A stretch of DNA of 62,579 nt, counting the filler, from Catajapyx aquilonaris (taxonomy: Eukaryota): the NCBI GenBank assembly GCA_000934665.2. It is 4 parts of 4 records of this genome, joined end to end, with 100 filler letters (N's around TTAATTAATTAA, not from the genome) between each part and the next. Parts side by side here need not be neighbours in the genome. Positions count along the whole stretch, not along the records: positions 15,662 to 31,267 come from JYFJ02007460.1; positions 31,368 to 46,918 come from JYFJ02007461.1; 2 more parts are not named here. One strand, written 5' to 3'. A program made the translations under genes and the position numbers. Position 1 is the first letter of the stretch; each line of letters begins with the position of its first letter. This document shows, piece after piece, positions 22,552 through 35,868 of this stretch. The notes under the pieces were generated by a model. It did not search any database and had not been told where the DNA came from. It was given only the letters and a program-made list of their open reading frames with translations.

Positions 22552-22668
22552 GGATGCCTCCTGGGAAATAGAGCCCAATGCTTATGAAGACCTGTTGTAC
22601 AAATATAACAGGTGTGATGCACCAAAGTGTCTCTGTTCTAAAGGAAGAAAATACAGTTCCCTGACCTC
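22552..22668 (+). CDS. G2E3: G2E3/PHF7-family exon
   Basis: DASWEIEPNAYEDLLYKYNRCDAPKCLCSKGR|GTGAGT. First and last exons not located in this block. Confidence 0.88.
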
Positions 22669-22758
22669 GTGAGTACTTCTCAGAAATATAACTTACCTTC
22701 ACTTTTTCCCTGTCAGAGCAGAGAGCTTTTATGAACAAGAGAAAAATGCATAACAATG

Positions 22759-23335
22759 CGAGGGCCGTTCCAAAATGATTAGCACTTTATTTTTTTGCCA
22801 AAAATACAGGGCCCATGCAGGTTGGCAGATAGGCACACATTATCAGTAGTATCCTCATGAAGCCAAATACTCAGCAGTCGTGTGTGGCAACCTCTTCAGG
22901 CCCTCCAGGAACCAATTTTTGATGGTGCAGCATACCCACTTCCAGACAACTGCTTACAGTGGACAATGTTTTCGAAAAGGCGTTGGCGAAGGGGTTTTTT
23001 CCATGGATCCTAACAGGAAAAGTCATAAGAGTCCCATTTAGGGGGAGTATGGGGGGTTTGGAAGGACCCAAAGCCGGACCCATGAAAAACCCCTTCGTTG
23101 ATGCCATTTCTAGGACACTGTTGACTGTAAACAGTTGTCTGGGAGTGGGTGCGGAACACCTCCAAAAAGTGGTTCCTGAAGGGACTTCAGAGATGTTGCC
23201 ACACCCATGACTTCTGTGCCTTCGGCTCCAGGAGGATTCTATCGATATAATGTGGACTAGCTATCTGCCAACCTGCATGGGCCCTGTATTTTTGGCAAGA
23301 AAAATAAAGTGAAAATCATTTTGGAATGGCCCTCA
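22759..23335. mobile_element. mariner-type MITE
   Basis: ~70-bp TIR GAGGGCC(G/A)TTCCAAAATGATT...CAGGTTGGCAGATAG. Confidence 0.8.
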
Positions 23336-23397
23336 TAACAACAACAACAACAGCAACAATAATAATAATAATTGTAATTATAATTATAATTATACTA

Positions 23398-24401
23398 CAG
23401 GGTGGACGGAAAGTTTCGGACCCCCCCAGGTTTTTTAACCCTACTTTTCACAGCGTCTTTCCACATCTTTTAAAAGTCCACAAGCAGTTCTAATGTACAC
23501 TATCTTTTGAAGCATAATCTTGAGAACATCTGAGCACCTTCACTCTCGCAATTCCATTAATAACTTCGCCTCTGTGACTCATCTAAACATCCTATCTGTT
23601 TTGCGTTTATTTTGCTTGTTGCCTTGGAGGACCCCTGGTCATATTCCTCGTCAGATAAGGTTTTTATGACCCTTTTCCATGAGTTCCCCTTCATGCAAAT
23701 GTTGTGAACTCACTCCTGACCTTATTTTTCGCATTGGTCCATAACCTGGTCCAATAAAAATTTGAAAAGGAATGCATGAAATGGCGGACCCGGATGCATT
23801 ACTTTCAAATTGGTACCATCACATTTGTCCATTTTTACTTTAAAATATTTTTTTGCTGCGAAAGGACAGTAAACAGTCCTACCTTGGTAAATTAATCAAC
23901 ATGACTCATCCTTTTGTTCACGTCCTTTCCCACCAAAAAATTATTTTAAAGTAAAAATGGAGACAAATGTGATGGTACCAATTCGAAAGTAATGCATCCG
24001 GTTCCGCCATTTCATGCATTCGGTTTCAAATTTTTATTGGACCAGGTTATGGACCAATGCAAAAAATAAGGTCAGGAGTGAGTTCACAACATTTGCATGA
24101 AGGGGAACTCATGGAAAAGGGTCATAAAAACCTTATCTGATGCAGAATATGACCAGGGGTCCTCCAAGGCAACAAGCAAAATAAACGCAAAACAGATAGG
24201 ATGTTTAGATGCGTCACAGAGGCGACGTTATTAATGGAATTGCGAGAACGAAGGTGCTCAGATGTTCTCAAGATTATGCTTCAAAAGATAGTGTACATTA
24301 GAACTGCTTGTGGACTTTTAAAAGATGTGAAAAGACGCTGTGAAAAGTAGGGTTAAAAAACCTGGGGGGGGGGGGGGGTCCGAAACTTTCCGTCCACCCT
24401 G
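23398..24401. mobile_element. Tc1/mariner-type foldback element
   Basis: TA-flanked CAGGGTGGACGGAAAGTTTCGGACC; ~460-bp near-perfect inverted arms with an ~80-bp spacer. Confidence 0.9.
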
Positions 24402-25608
24402 TATTATTATTATAATAATAATAATATTATTAGGCCTAGGAAGACATGGTTGGACCAGGTGGGTCAGTGTTTTAACCCTTAACCACCAATGTGAATCTGC
24501 CATACATTGGCTACGACGTGGGGTCTTTAAGGACCCCACGCGGTTTTAATATTTTAAAAAATTTGACTTAATAGCACTAAAGCCATTCTTCCCCGCTAAA
24601 TTCGGCCCATATTCTCATCTGTATGTGTAAAAAAAATCGATCATCTGTGACCATTAGTTGAGTCATAAGGGACTTGAGACTCCGTTATCGCACCTTCGTA
24701 GCCTTCCAGCTCGATGCCGTAAGTAATGGCTTATAACGTAAAACATTCCCAGCTGCAGGTGCCCCAGTTAGAAAGCAAGATTTTAGTTCTGGGTAATATT
24801 TATTGCTGGATAACAACATTCGCACCATGATTCACACTTTATAAATAGTCGCCTAGGCAAGCAACATTTTTCATAAGAAAACTGCACTTTATGCGGAGAA
24901 CACCAAACTTGGCATACATCATGTCCACACCTATTGTCAACGTTTAGGAAGGGGAGCCACCTGATACCTATCTCCAAAACAAAATGGCGGTCATGTTTCC
25001 AAAAATGGCCGCCTTAAAATTTATATTTCCTTCATTACCTGAATATGTGCAAGTTAGGTGTCTAATTATATGTTTATATGGATGCTGGATTCAATGAAAG
25101 GCTCTAAATCGTTGTCGGAAGTCCATAGAATGAGATATTAAACGTGGCGATCAAAATGGCCGCCGTATAGCCTCACCTAGTCATATTGGTGCAACTCTTG
25201 CAATTCAATGGCGCACAGTACTCGAAAACACATTTTTTTTTCGAAAGTTGTAGTTCACTAGTGGAAAAAAGTTGTGTTGGGCGATTCTTTTGACAGGTAA
25301 AAAATCTGAGTCATGTGGGTTAATATCATACGGCTCCGCCAGGGGCGAAAGTGACGCAACTTCCGGGTTTTCGTTTTTTGGTGTGCAAGTACACTTACCC
25401 GGGCTAAACATGAAAGGTTGTGGCCCTTTGAGGGTGAAATGTCGTTATTTTTGCGATATCTTGCACCGTTGACGAGATATTGACCAAAACCCCAGGTTCA
25501 AAAATTACACGGTTCTGCAAAAAAAACAAAAAAACACTCTATTTCGCTCTTTTGAAACCTTTTTTGTGCTTTTTATGGATTTTGGGGTGCTGAATCCGAA
25601 TCCGGTAA

Positions 25609-26488
25609 AGGCCATTTCACGAAAAAAATGTCGCGCGGCAAACGGCGCGACTTGCGGCAAATTTTTATTTATATTTATTGTTGCCAACAATTGGCGGCAA
25701 CAACAACAACAACAACAACAACATCACGACATTTCCCTATGAGGGGTAGTCAGCGATGAAGGGAGACGCAAGCTAACCCAACATATGAACTAATAAAACT
25801 CATAAGAATAAACCTAAAAACAACCTGTCCCACCCCCCACCCATGCCCATCTCAGACATCACCTTATCCTCAGACATATTTACCTATTTACCCGTTAATT
25901 AACCTACGCCATTTACACCTATCCAAACAAACAACCCTAGCCTCAGCCACGTCCATGGTCCTATTGACACAAGAACGTCTCGGCTTAACACTAGCAACAC
26001 CCTTAAGACACTGACCCACCTGGTCCAACCATGTCTTCCTAGGCCTACCCTTGCCCCTCTTACCAACTACTCCACCCAAATAAACCTTCTTCACAATCTC
26101 CTCCTCCTTCATCCTCTCCACATGGCCAAACCACCTTAGAGTAGACCTACACACCTTATCATTAACAGTCTCCTTAACATTACACCTCTCCAAAATCTCC
26201 TCATTCCTAATCCTATCGAACTTGGTAACCCCACAAACAGCCCGGAGATAACGCATCTCTGTAGCCAACACCCTACTCTTATGCCTATCTGACCAAACCC
26301 ACGCTTCACTACCATACATAAGTGAAGGAACAATAACGTGAGAATAGACAGACAACCTACAGGCAGAAGATAAGTCCTTATTTCTAGAAAACTTACTTGT
26401 GGCACCTATTGGCAACAAATAAATATAAATAAAAATTTGCCGCAAGTCGCGCCGTTTGCCGCGCGACATTTTTTTTGTGAAATGGCCT
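25609..26488. mobile_element. Harbinger-type MITE with TAA TSD containing an RTE insertion
   Basis: TIR AGGCCATTTCAC.AAAAAAATGTCGCGCGGCAAACGG; the empty site GGTAACAGA is preserved in the opposite arm at ~27530. Confidence 0.9.
25698..26405 (-). mobile_element. 5'-truncated RTE-clade LINE (C-terminus, 3'UTR, (TTG)n tail)
   Basis: VPSLMYGSEAW...EMRYLRAVCGVTKFDRIRNEEI...LRWFGHVERM...GKRGKGRPRKTWLD. Confidence 0.92.
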
Positions 26489-29164
26489 TAACAGATTTGC
26501 TCTATCACGTAGAGTTTTAGAGAGATATCGTTTGAAATCTTTGGACGGTTTGCTAGGGTTCTTTCCGAATCAAGTGGGCCTAATGTTGCTAGACCCCTCG
26601 GATCCTGGTGAAAATAATCCCAGATGTCCTCATCTATTCCTTAATGCTGCATATAAAAATTCAACCATATTGCTCAATACTATGATGAGGGGAAAAATCG
26701 CAAACATCTGGAAATGGCTTAAAACGAGGCCTTTTTTGGAGAATTTCTTTTGGTTAGTGTAAGTGGTCGAAACCAAATGAACATATATATCAAAAGAAAG
26801 GTAAACACCAGGACAATGCGCCTATGGAATTAGTTTTCCTCTAAAATGTAAAAATAAATTTTTACATCATTTCATTTGTCACTTGCTCAGTCACATGCCC
26901 AAGAATATATTGTGAATACACTGCGACAACTGTGAAAAACAACGATTCTTGATTTAAGTGTCGTATCTCCCAAAATTCGAGTTTTCTCAAAGACTGTACG
27001 TGATAGAGCCATTCTGACTTCAGATCTGGATTCAGCACACCTTAATCTATATAGTACATCTGCTTTTTATCCAAAAGAGGATTTTGCTGCATAACATGTT
27101 GAGGTCACAATATATTCTTGGGCATGTGACTGATCAAGTGACAAATGAAATGCTGTAAAAATTTATTTTTGCATTCTAGAGGAACGCTAATTCCATAGGC
27201 GCATTGTCCTGGGGTTTCCCCTTCTTTTGATATATTATGTTCATTTGGTTTTAACCACTTACACTAACCAAAAGAAATTCTCCAAAAAAGGCCTCGTTTT
27301 AAGCCATTTCCAGATGTTTGCGATTTTTCCCCTCATCATAGTATTGAGCAATATGGTTGAATTTTTATATGCAGCATTAAGGAATAGATGAGGACATCTG
27401 GGATTATTTTCACCAGGATCCGAGGGGTCTAGCAACATTAGGCCCACTTGATTCGGAAAGAACCCTAGCAAACCGTCCAAAGATTTCAAACGATATATCT
27501 CTAAAACTCTACGTGATAGAGCAAATCTGTTACCGGATTCGGATTCAGCACCCCAAAATCCATAAAAAGCACAAAAAAGGTTTCAAAAGAGCGAAAGAGA
27601 GTGTTGTTTTTTTTTTTTTTTTTTGCAGAACCGTGTAATTTTTGAACCTGGGGTTTTGGTCAATATCTCGTCAACGGTGCAAGATATCGCAAAAATAACG
27701 ACATTTCACCCTCAAAGGGCCACAACCTTTCATGTTTAGCCCGGGTAAGTGTACTTGCACACCAAAAAACGAAAACCCGGAAGTTGCGTCACTTTCGCCC
27801 CTGGTGGAGCCGTATGATATTAACCCACATGACTCAGATTTTTTACCTGTCAAAAGAATCGCCCAACACAACTTTTTTCCACTAGCGAACTACAACTTTC
27901 GAAAAAAATGTGTTTTCGAGTACTGTGCGCCAATTGCAAGAGTTGCATGCACCAATATGACTAGGTGAGGCTATACAGCGGCCATTTTGATCGCCATGTT
28001 TAATATCTCATTCTATGGACTTCCGACAACGATTTAGAGCCTTTCATTGAATCCAGCATCCATACAAACATATAATTAGACACCTAACTTGCACATATTC
28101 AGGTAATGAAGGAAATATAAATTTTAAGGCGGCCATTTTTGGAAACATGACCGCCATTTTGTTTTGGGGATAGGTATCAGGTGGCTCCCCTTCCTAAACG
28201 TTGACAATAGGTGTGGACATGATGTATGCCAAGTTTGGTGTTCTCCGCATAAAGTGCAGTTTTTTTTTCCTTACTCGCCCAACTAAAAATACAATTTGCT
28301 GTGATGCGCTGTGGTGTATTCTCTAAAAAATTATGTACATTGGCTACGACGTGGGGTATATCTGGACCCCACAGGGACGCTTTGCAGCATAAAAGTACCG
28401 GTAACTCGGCCAAAAAAAATTATACTGATGTCAAAAATTTTCATTGGATCGAAGAAAGTATGTCTGAGGAATATAGGCGGCCATTTTTCATTTCATATAA
28501 AATTTATTAATCGCGATGGTATTAACTACATTGTGGGGTCCAAAAAGACCCCACGTTGGTGGTTAAGGGTTCAGGGTGTTGCTACTGTTAAGCTGAGACG
28601 TTCATGTGTCAATAGGACCATGGACGTGGCTGAGGCTACGGTTGTTTGTTTGGATAGGTGTAAATGGCGTAGGTTAATTAATGGGTAAATAGGTCTGAGG
28701 ATAAGGCTTCCTTTAAGTCGAACTTCCCTAAGTCGAAATTCTCTATAAGTCGAAGAAAATGATGAGCTTGGTGGGTCACAATGTAAAATAATAGGAAATA
28801 AACTTCCGTAACTCGAATTGCTGTAACTCGAAGTGCTGGCAGGGCCTTAAGATGGGATATAAATGCATTTTCAATCTCCCTAAGTCGAAGTTCATGGGGG
28901 CGAGTACGGAAAATTTTCTCATTTCCCAGTCGAAGGGTCGAGAGTAGGCCACATGTACAGAAAGGCTCAATTTCCTGATCTCCGTCTACCAGACGTACTG
29001 AAAGCTAAGTGTTTGACTCGATTGTGACAATTGAATCCTTGAATCTAAGAGTAACGGAGATAACGGAGATCTTTTTACAACAAAACAACGAGGAACATGT
29101 AAGTGTGATAGTGACAGTTCTTTTTAAGTTCTCGCTTTTTTTTCCATTCTCGCTTGATGGATGA

Positions 29165-29385
29165 CTGATGGCTTATGACTGGATGACTTGATGGTTGACT
29201 GGTGGCTTATGACTGGATGACTTGATGGTTGACTAGTGGCTTATGACTGGATGACTTGATGGTTGACTGGTGGCTTGTGACTGGATGACTTGATGATGGA
29301 TGACTGGAATATGAATGATGACTAGTGGACTGTTGTCTGGATGATTGGTGACTTATTGAATGACTGGATTATGGATGATTGGTGG
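29165..29385 (+). repeat. ~34-bp minisatellite (GACTGGATGACTTGATGGTTGACTGGTGGCTTAT)
   Basis: Three to four tandem units followed by degenerate copies. Confidence 0.85.
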
Positions 29386-29485
29386 CAGCGTAGTTGTTTT
29401 ATTTTGTATTATGTTTGTTGGTGTTGGGAGTGAGTGGTCTGTTGGGCCTTAACAGGCATGGCCAGTCCTAATAAAATCCTATTAA

Positions 29486-30529
29486 GGTGGATATGAAGCT
29501 AAGGCTCACAATTTGACATCATTTTGAAATTCGCAGGGTTTATAGAGTAAGAAGCTCTCTTCCCAATGGTGGAAAAAAAATCACCCCTAACCGGGCAAAT
29601 AAGCTCGCAAAATGGCTCAGAATGTGCTGACTGTCCATAAGCTCCAATGTTAAATTAAAACTTTATTTTAAAGCATCTTCACAATTTGACAGTTTGAAAG
29701 TAATATATGTGAAATGTGAAGAATAATATAGTGATTACAAAGAACGCAAAAAAAACACATCAAACCGAATGATTTAAATTGTTATCGTGGAAAAAAGAAA
29801 AATGGTGCGACGCTAGCCTGAGGCACGGGAGAAGTGGCAACATGGCCTCCTGCACGAATGGATGTTTCCATGGTAGTGATTGTTTATTAAAGTGATTTTC
29901 CTACGAAATGGCGCGCAGAGTGTCCGAATTTGAAATATGTGATCACAACCAGTTAATAACCAGTGTAATAAATAAAATAAAAATTATAATTAGATGTTAA
30001 GACCTAAATGTTATCTCAGGACAAATAGACTATATTTCAACCTAGCCAGATCATCGTGCATTTGGAACGCGCGCCGAACGCGCCATCTTGGACAGGGGGA
30101 GGGGCGAGACCGCGAGAGCGGCGTTGCCACTTTTATGTCAACAGTTGGTTACCAACTTACCGTAACTTAAAGCCTACACTTATCCCCCTCCCTTTCCGAA
30201 GATAATGTGTATTATGCAATGGATGTAACACGACATTGTAGAGCCTCGTAACTGTCACCCACTACCGTCGCCTTTGATCCTAAATATGCTGCCTATGGCA
30301 AACTAAAAATTCAGGCGTGTACATTCCAGTAGGTTGGCAATGTGTTGCAAGTGAATTAGGTTTTGCCCTGTAACAAATCGAGTTTACGGTGGATTTTAAA
30401 ATGGAATGCATATTATTCCTCAGCATCCACTACTGCATTAGATGCATGTGTTTCCCCGAATTTAACTGCTCTAATTAACGTTTTTGTTCTAGACACTGAA
30501 TTGACTAGGGAGGTAGCTTCATATCCACC
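29486..30529. mobile_element. Kolobok-type non-autonomous element
   Basis: TTAA TSDs, TIR GGTGGATATGAAGCTA (5'-RR terminus). Confidence 0.8.
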
Positions 30530-30601
30530 TTAAGTTATTTTAAAGTTTTGAACACCTTTCGTTGCTGGATATAAAGGTAGGCTTCCTTATTAGTCCGGAC
30601 G

Positions 30602-31267
30602 TTAAGGGACGAATAATGGGTCAACCGTGCATTTGGTGAAAAAAGCATGAAATTTGGTACAAATGTCCCTGAGAGCATACTCTTCAAATTCAGATATGGC
30701 GCCACGCCCGTTTTCTCCCAGGAGGCGGGTTGGCTACACTGAAGCGAGTGACAAGTCTTTTTCTGAGCAAACTGTGCTTCCTAGGCGGATATGTGCCAAA
30801 CAAATGTTGTGGGGAAACACCTATCCTACAAAATGTATATAGTAACTTTTCCACGTACGGTCAGTATTTTCGGAGCTACAGCGACTTGAACCAAATTAAG
30901 GGACGAAAAAAAAGTCAACCGTGCATTGGTGAAATTTGGTAAGAATGTCCCTGAGACCATACTCCTCCAATCCAGATATGGCGCCACGGCCGTTTTCGCC
31001 CAGGTGGCCCGTAATTGCGGGTTGGCTACCTTGAAGCGAGTTAAAGGTCTCTTCTGAGCGAACCATGCTTCTCAGGAGGAAAGGTGCCAAACAAAGGTTG
31101 TACATAAACATGTACTCTACAAAAAGTATGAAGTACCTTTTCCACGTAGAGTCCTTATTTTCGTAGCTAAAGCGACTTTAAAAAGACTTTTCACTCTCTG
31201 AAGGGTAGCCAACCCGCAATTACGGGCCTCCTGGGCGAAAACTGGCGTGGCGCCATATCTGAATTTG
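30602..31267. repeat. TIR element with internal ~295-bp tandem and inverted copies, truncated by the linker
   Basis: TTAAGGGACGAA...CAGATATGGCGCCACG at 30602 and 30896; inverted copy at 31200-31267. Confidence 0.65.
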
Positions 31268-31367
31268 NNNNNNNNNNNNNNNNNNNNNNNNNNNNNNNNN
31301 NNNNNNNNNNNTTAATTAATTAANNNNNNNNNNNNNNNNNNNNNNNNNNNNNNNNNNNNNNNNNNNN
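31268..31367. other. Artificial scaffold-joining linker
   Basis: Same N44-TTAATTAATTAA-N44 structure. Confidence 0.95.
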
Positions 31368-31689
31368 GGGGGAGGGGGGAGGGGGATAGAAACTTACTAC
31401 ATTACTACATACTACATAATTGAAGACGGCAATTTTACGAAATAGCTTTTACTGTAGATGGTATGACAACCTCCATCTAGAGTTTCTAGACAATAACGCA
31501 ATAATTGCATTACATTAGTACGGTTATTACTCTCCTGCTCCCAAAGATACTGCTTGCCCCATCATTCGAACGCGAACTCCAATTAATAATATCTTGATTT
31601 GCGCGGCTTGCCAGCTTCAGCTGCATCACCGCAACGCCATTCAGCGCCACGAAGATGTTAGAAACTTTCCTGTCACATATATTTGGGTA

Positions 31690-31925
31690 CTCACCTAAAC
31701 GTTGTTGTAAGAAAGAAAAAAAAATAGCACTGTAAATTTAGTTTTCAACTGATTTCTCCACGGTGTATAATGATTGTTGGCTACATTGCATGATTGCAAG
31801 AGTTGCCAACAGATACCTGCTGTCCTGCGCATGCGCTTATTCTTGCTTCCAAGATGGACGGCGCTGAATGGCAGGGGACGAAGTTTGTGCGGAAGAGAAG
31901 GAATTGAAGCCTGTCGAGGTGAGGT
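31690..31925. promoter_or_regulatory. Probable EXT2 promoter and non-coding first exon, possibly bidirectional
   Basis: NRF1-type TGCGCATGCGC at ~31826, CAAGATGG, donor GAG|GTGAGG at ~31919, and a minus-strand donor AG|GTGAGT at ~31691. Confidence 0.5.
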
Positions 31926-32224
31926 CAGGAGGCTCACCCTCATTATTTTCTGCTACTAAATGTGGAGCATCAGTGTAGTTGCCAGTGCACAGCGTTTGAA
32001 GTGTGCGTGTGTAGGATAATCATTCATATGAAAACGGAAGTGTATGTGACAGCATATAATTTGCAAACTACTGGCATGGATAATGTGGTAGTCAGCATTC
32101 ATGGCCTGCAGTGAGTGCAAACGACATACCTAGAACTTCCTGTTAGTAGTGTGAAGCATGAACTGAATCCGCCTGTACTGAATTTGAAAAGTTTTGACAT
32201 TTTCCAGGTGGAAAGCCTACCACC

Positions 32225-32772
32225 ATGACAGCCATTAAGCCTCACCTGCAGGTCAAGACCGGGGCCCGCCTAGCCTTCCAATACCGGACCTTCTTCCTGG
32301 TCCTTCTCCTGATTTTGATTATTGGTACCCTCACCTGCATACTGCTGCATTTCCTCCCCGAAAGTCTGGTTGATTCATCGGGGCACAGGCATGTCCCATT
32401 TTCCATGTCTGATTTGGATTTGCCTCGAGAGACTTTGGTGAAGCCGCCCAAGCGAACTAAAGGTGGAAATGGAGTGCCCAAAAGGAGCTGTCATTACTAC
32501 AACTGCTTTGATGTCTACCGGTGTGGCAAGCGTGAAAGTTCTCAGATTAGTGTGTACATCTACCCGCCAAGGAAGTTTGTGGACCGAAATGGGATTCCAG
32601 TGGTAGGGCCTGCCTCCAGCGAGTTCAGGAAGGTGTTGGCGACAGTGAGGAGTAGCAGGTTTTACACACCTAACCCAGAGGAGGCCTGTATTCTGGTGCC
32701 AAGTTTGGACCTGCTCAACCAAAATCAGATCAGGCTCAAGGAGACTGGATGGGCACTACAGATGTTGCCACA
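32225..32772 (+). CDS. EXT2: Exostosin-2, coding exon 1
   Basis: Kozak CCACCATG, TM anchor, CHYYNCFDVYRCG, ISVYIYP, YTPNPEEACILVPSLDLLNQN; donor GTAAG. Confidence 0.93.
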
Positions 32773-33107
32773 GTAAGCTGGGATATAAATGGGAAACTTG
32801 ATGACAATTGCCTTTTATTATTAGAGTTAGCCCGTATCAGCTAGCAGAGAATTATTGAGCATAGGGTTCACATTGTTTGTCATATGTTGCCTTCATAGTC
32901 CCATATGAAACTTGGTGTAGTTAGTGAAGCATGGAATCAAATTTGCAAATTATACTAGCAAGACATGATGGTAAGTCTTTAGGCCCAAGATTGGTTCTTG
33001 AACCGAGGTGAAGCACTAACAAATATGAATCTGTGCATGGAGGTGATTGAGTATGTCATTCTGTTTTTGTGCATTGGAAGGACTGGCTGGGAAAATACTT
33101 GATGTTA

Positions 33108-33392
33108 GGCTATTTTCACACGGGGCCACCATGGCAGCGCTGCCAGGTTTTTGCATTGCAGCAAGTGGAGCCTTTCACACATGGGGGTTGGCAGTGCTGC
33201 TCGCTGCCAGAAATGGTGGTGGTTGGCAGCGCGATTTTCGGCCCAGCCAGCCGCTGCCAACTGGCCGCGCCACCACGTGTTTGCATTGAATAATACGAAG
33301 CCTTTCCCACGAGACGCAACTTTTCTTGCGGCCAGCAGCAGCACCTAATTTATGCAGCAGCGCTGCCATGGTGGCCTCATGTGAAAATAGCC
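33108..33392. mobile_element. Harbinger/Tourist MITE
   Basis: Same family as 17563-17917. Confidence 0.88.
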
Positions 33393-34008
33393 TAAATGTG
33401 ATGAAAAGTGTTCCAACCACCATGACCGAGAAATAGGAAGCAGCTGGTTGTTTCTGTCTTGCACTGGAAAATGTTCTTGTCACATGTGTAGACCACAGGT
33501 TTTGTCAATAGTTTTTCTGGCCAAAAAATGTAATGAGTGCACCTTTTTAAATAATGATCACCTTCATTTGGAAGTTTCTTGTAAGCAGACGTAAGGTATT
33601 CTTCAAGATTTGCATGGTTACCATTTGTTTACATGAACTAGGAAGAAGAAATTTTAAGAGCATCTTGTAAATAGCCACTGTATGATAATGAAGCAATGTG
33701 ATAAGAAAGTAGGTCAGGAATGTTGAGGAATGTCTCAGACTATAAATGAAGAGTCCAGGGGAAAAAGGGGGAATGTCACACAAACAATGTTCGTGAGAAA
33801 TCGAAGAAATTGCTTTATTTCTTCACGTGTATAAGGAATAATAGGGATATCTTCACGTCATTATATGCAACTGTCCCCCTTGTACCCATGGAAAGCCTCC
33901 AGGTATAAGTGGCACCTACGCTACTATTGTACTGTGCACTTGGCAGGAACCCCAATGGAATTTGACATTCCCCCTTTTTCCCCTGGACTCTTCAAATGTT
34001 TTATAATA

Positions 34009-34715
34009 CAGGGGGTCCCACTACTTGAAATTTTACCCAGTATTTTTTAAATAACATTAACACTAATGAAGATATCGCAACGAAATTTGAGCTGAACTAA
34101 CCTCATTATGTGAGAAAGGAAGTGGCATCACATCATGTGCTGGAAATGGCTACCATTTGCGTCCAGGCAGGCCTGAACATGCTGCTCCACATTTTGAAAG
34201 GTCCTGGCTAACATGTCCTGAGGTACTGCCTGAATTTCTTGGATGATGTTTTATTTCAAGGTGTCGATGGATTGTGGTTTGTTCTTGTACGTATGACACA
34301 CATCACACGTCAGCATGGCCAAAATTAAGTCAGACTGTCTCGGTGACCGCGTCATTTTGAAAGGACTTTGGCTACAGTGGTCATACGATCTTACGCCTCC
34401 TGATTACTTCTTAGGGGCTATCTGAAAGGGCGAGGGTGCTGAAACAAACCACGATCCATTATTCCCTTGAAAGAAAACCCCATCCAAGAAATTCAGACAG
34501 TGCCATAGGACATGATGGCCAGGATCTTCCAAAATGTGGAGTGTCATGTTCAGGGCTGCCTAGATACAAATGGTGGCCATTTCCAGCACAATGTCGTGAT
34601 GCCATTTCCTTTCTCACACAATGAGGTTAGTGCAGTTCAAATTGAGTTGCGATATCTTCTCTCGTGTTAAAGTTATTAAAGAAATGACGAGTAAAGTAAG
34701 TAGTGGGACCGCTTG
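34009..34715. mobile_element. Tc1/mariner foldback derived from two transposase 3' ends
   Basis: TA flanks, TIR CAGGGGGTCCCACTACTT; DLTPPDYF..GYLK and CLDTNGGHFQH-type coding remnants, the latter on both strands. Confidence 0.75.
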
Positions 34716-35868
34716 TAGTCAAACACATTCATAAACATAATTATATTGAATGTAGGTCATTACTTTGGGCTTGAACCCCAAACATCTGTCTTCCTAATAA
34801 TTTTTGTTGGCAACCCCAGAAAAGCGTCTTGTAAAATTCGCGACCCTTAATATCCGAATCAACTCCCCCCTTGCTATGTTGTCTTCATTGCTGTACTGCA
34901 TCAAATGAAACCCATTCTTGGTGGCAAGAGAGGATAATACGGAACATAGGGACTTGATATTTCTACCACAGCAGGATAGTACTAATACCTTCGAAATCAG
35001 GAGTCCTTAACCAGGGGTGCCCGAACCCCCAGGGGGTGCGAGATGGTCTTCCTGGAGGTGCAGAGCAAGGTACACCCCTGGATATAGTCTTACTATGAAC
35101 TTAGTCAATGTTTTGGGCCACATCAGGTAATGTTAGACTGTCATCGACATTATTTATTTGTTGGTAGGTTCAGTCGACTTTAAAGTTATTCTGTGGAGCC
35201 GGGTGAGAATGAAATGTATACAGGTAAGAATAACAGCGGATATTTATTCAAGGAATAAGTGAGCACTAAAAATGGGCTTGCTAACAATCGGTATTGAAAA
35301 GCATAAGTGTTAAACACTGTTTGAGTACTAAGAACACTTGTTGTAAACTTACGTGGCGTGGACGTCCTGTGAGGGGGAGAATGTGGCCAAGTGCTGAGTT
35401 TGGCGGTGTGGTGTGCCCTGGAGGATCTCTGCTGAAGAGGTATCCGAAACCTCTTCTTTTATACTTAATCCAAACTGTTAAACTACTTTATGATGGTTTC
35501 CAATGACGCACGCAGATGCCTATTGACGTACATTGGAACACCTGACACTACCGATATCATCTCGATTGGATACGGTTAGTTTTAATGTGCTGAAATGCGT
35601 CATGTGTTGCTCTACATCAGATGACGCATTTCGTATTTAACGACGATACACTAAAATTGAAAGGCACCGTGGCCTTATGCAATGACGCACAAGAAAATAG
35701 TTTAACATGTTACATCAAAGATTTCGCAAGACTATCGAAATGTTGCAAAAGACTATGGCCTACTCAGCAAGGATGACAAGACATGGACTGTCTTGTACAA
35801 AGGAAAATTTTGGCTGCTCATATGGAGTTGGAGCTTTGAATAAGGAATCTCATCAACAACAGCTATGA

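Larger units (their letters stand above)
25214..27927. mobile_element. CACAGT-terminated foldback (EnSpm/CMC-like) with ~820-bp TIRs
   Basis: Left arm 25214-25608 + 26492-26915 mirrors 27108-27927; a related diverged sequence lies at ~55780-56595. Confidence 0.8.
24476..28569. mobile_element. piggyBac-type non-autonomous element with nested insertions, inserted into an RTE 3' fragment (24431-24475 + 28570-28705)
   Basis: TIR CCCTTAACCACCAA, flanks TTAA/TTCA. The empty site CAGTGTC-TTAA-GGGTGTTGC is seen in the RTE copy at ~26000. Confidence 0.85.

Noticed and set aside
26532..27489. Two identical 76-aa ORFs on opposite strands
   Set aside because: They are a by-product of the inverted arms of a foldback element; there is no coding signature.
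29165..29385. CRISPR-like array
   Set aside because: Tandem units with no unique spacers in a eukaryotic context; this is a minisatellite.
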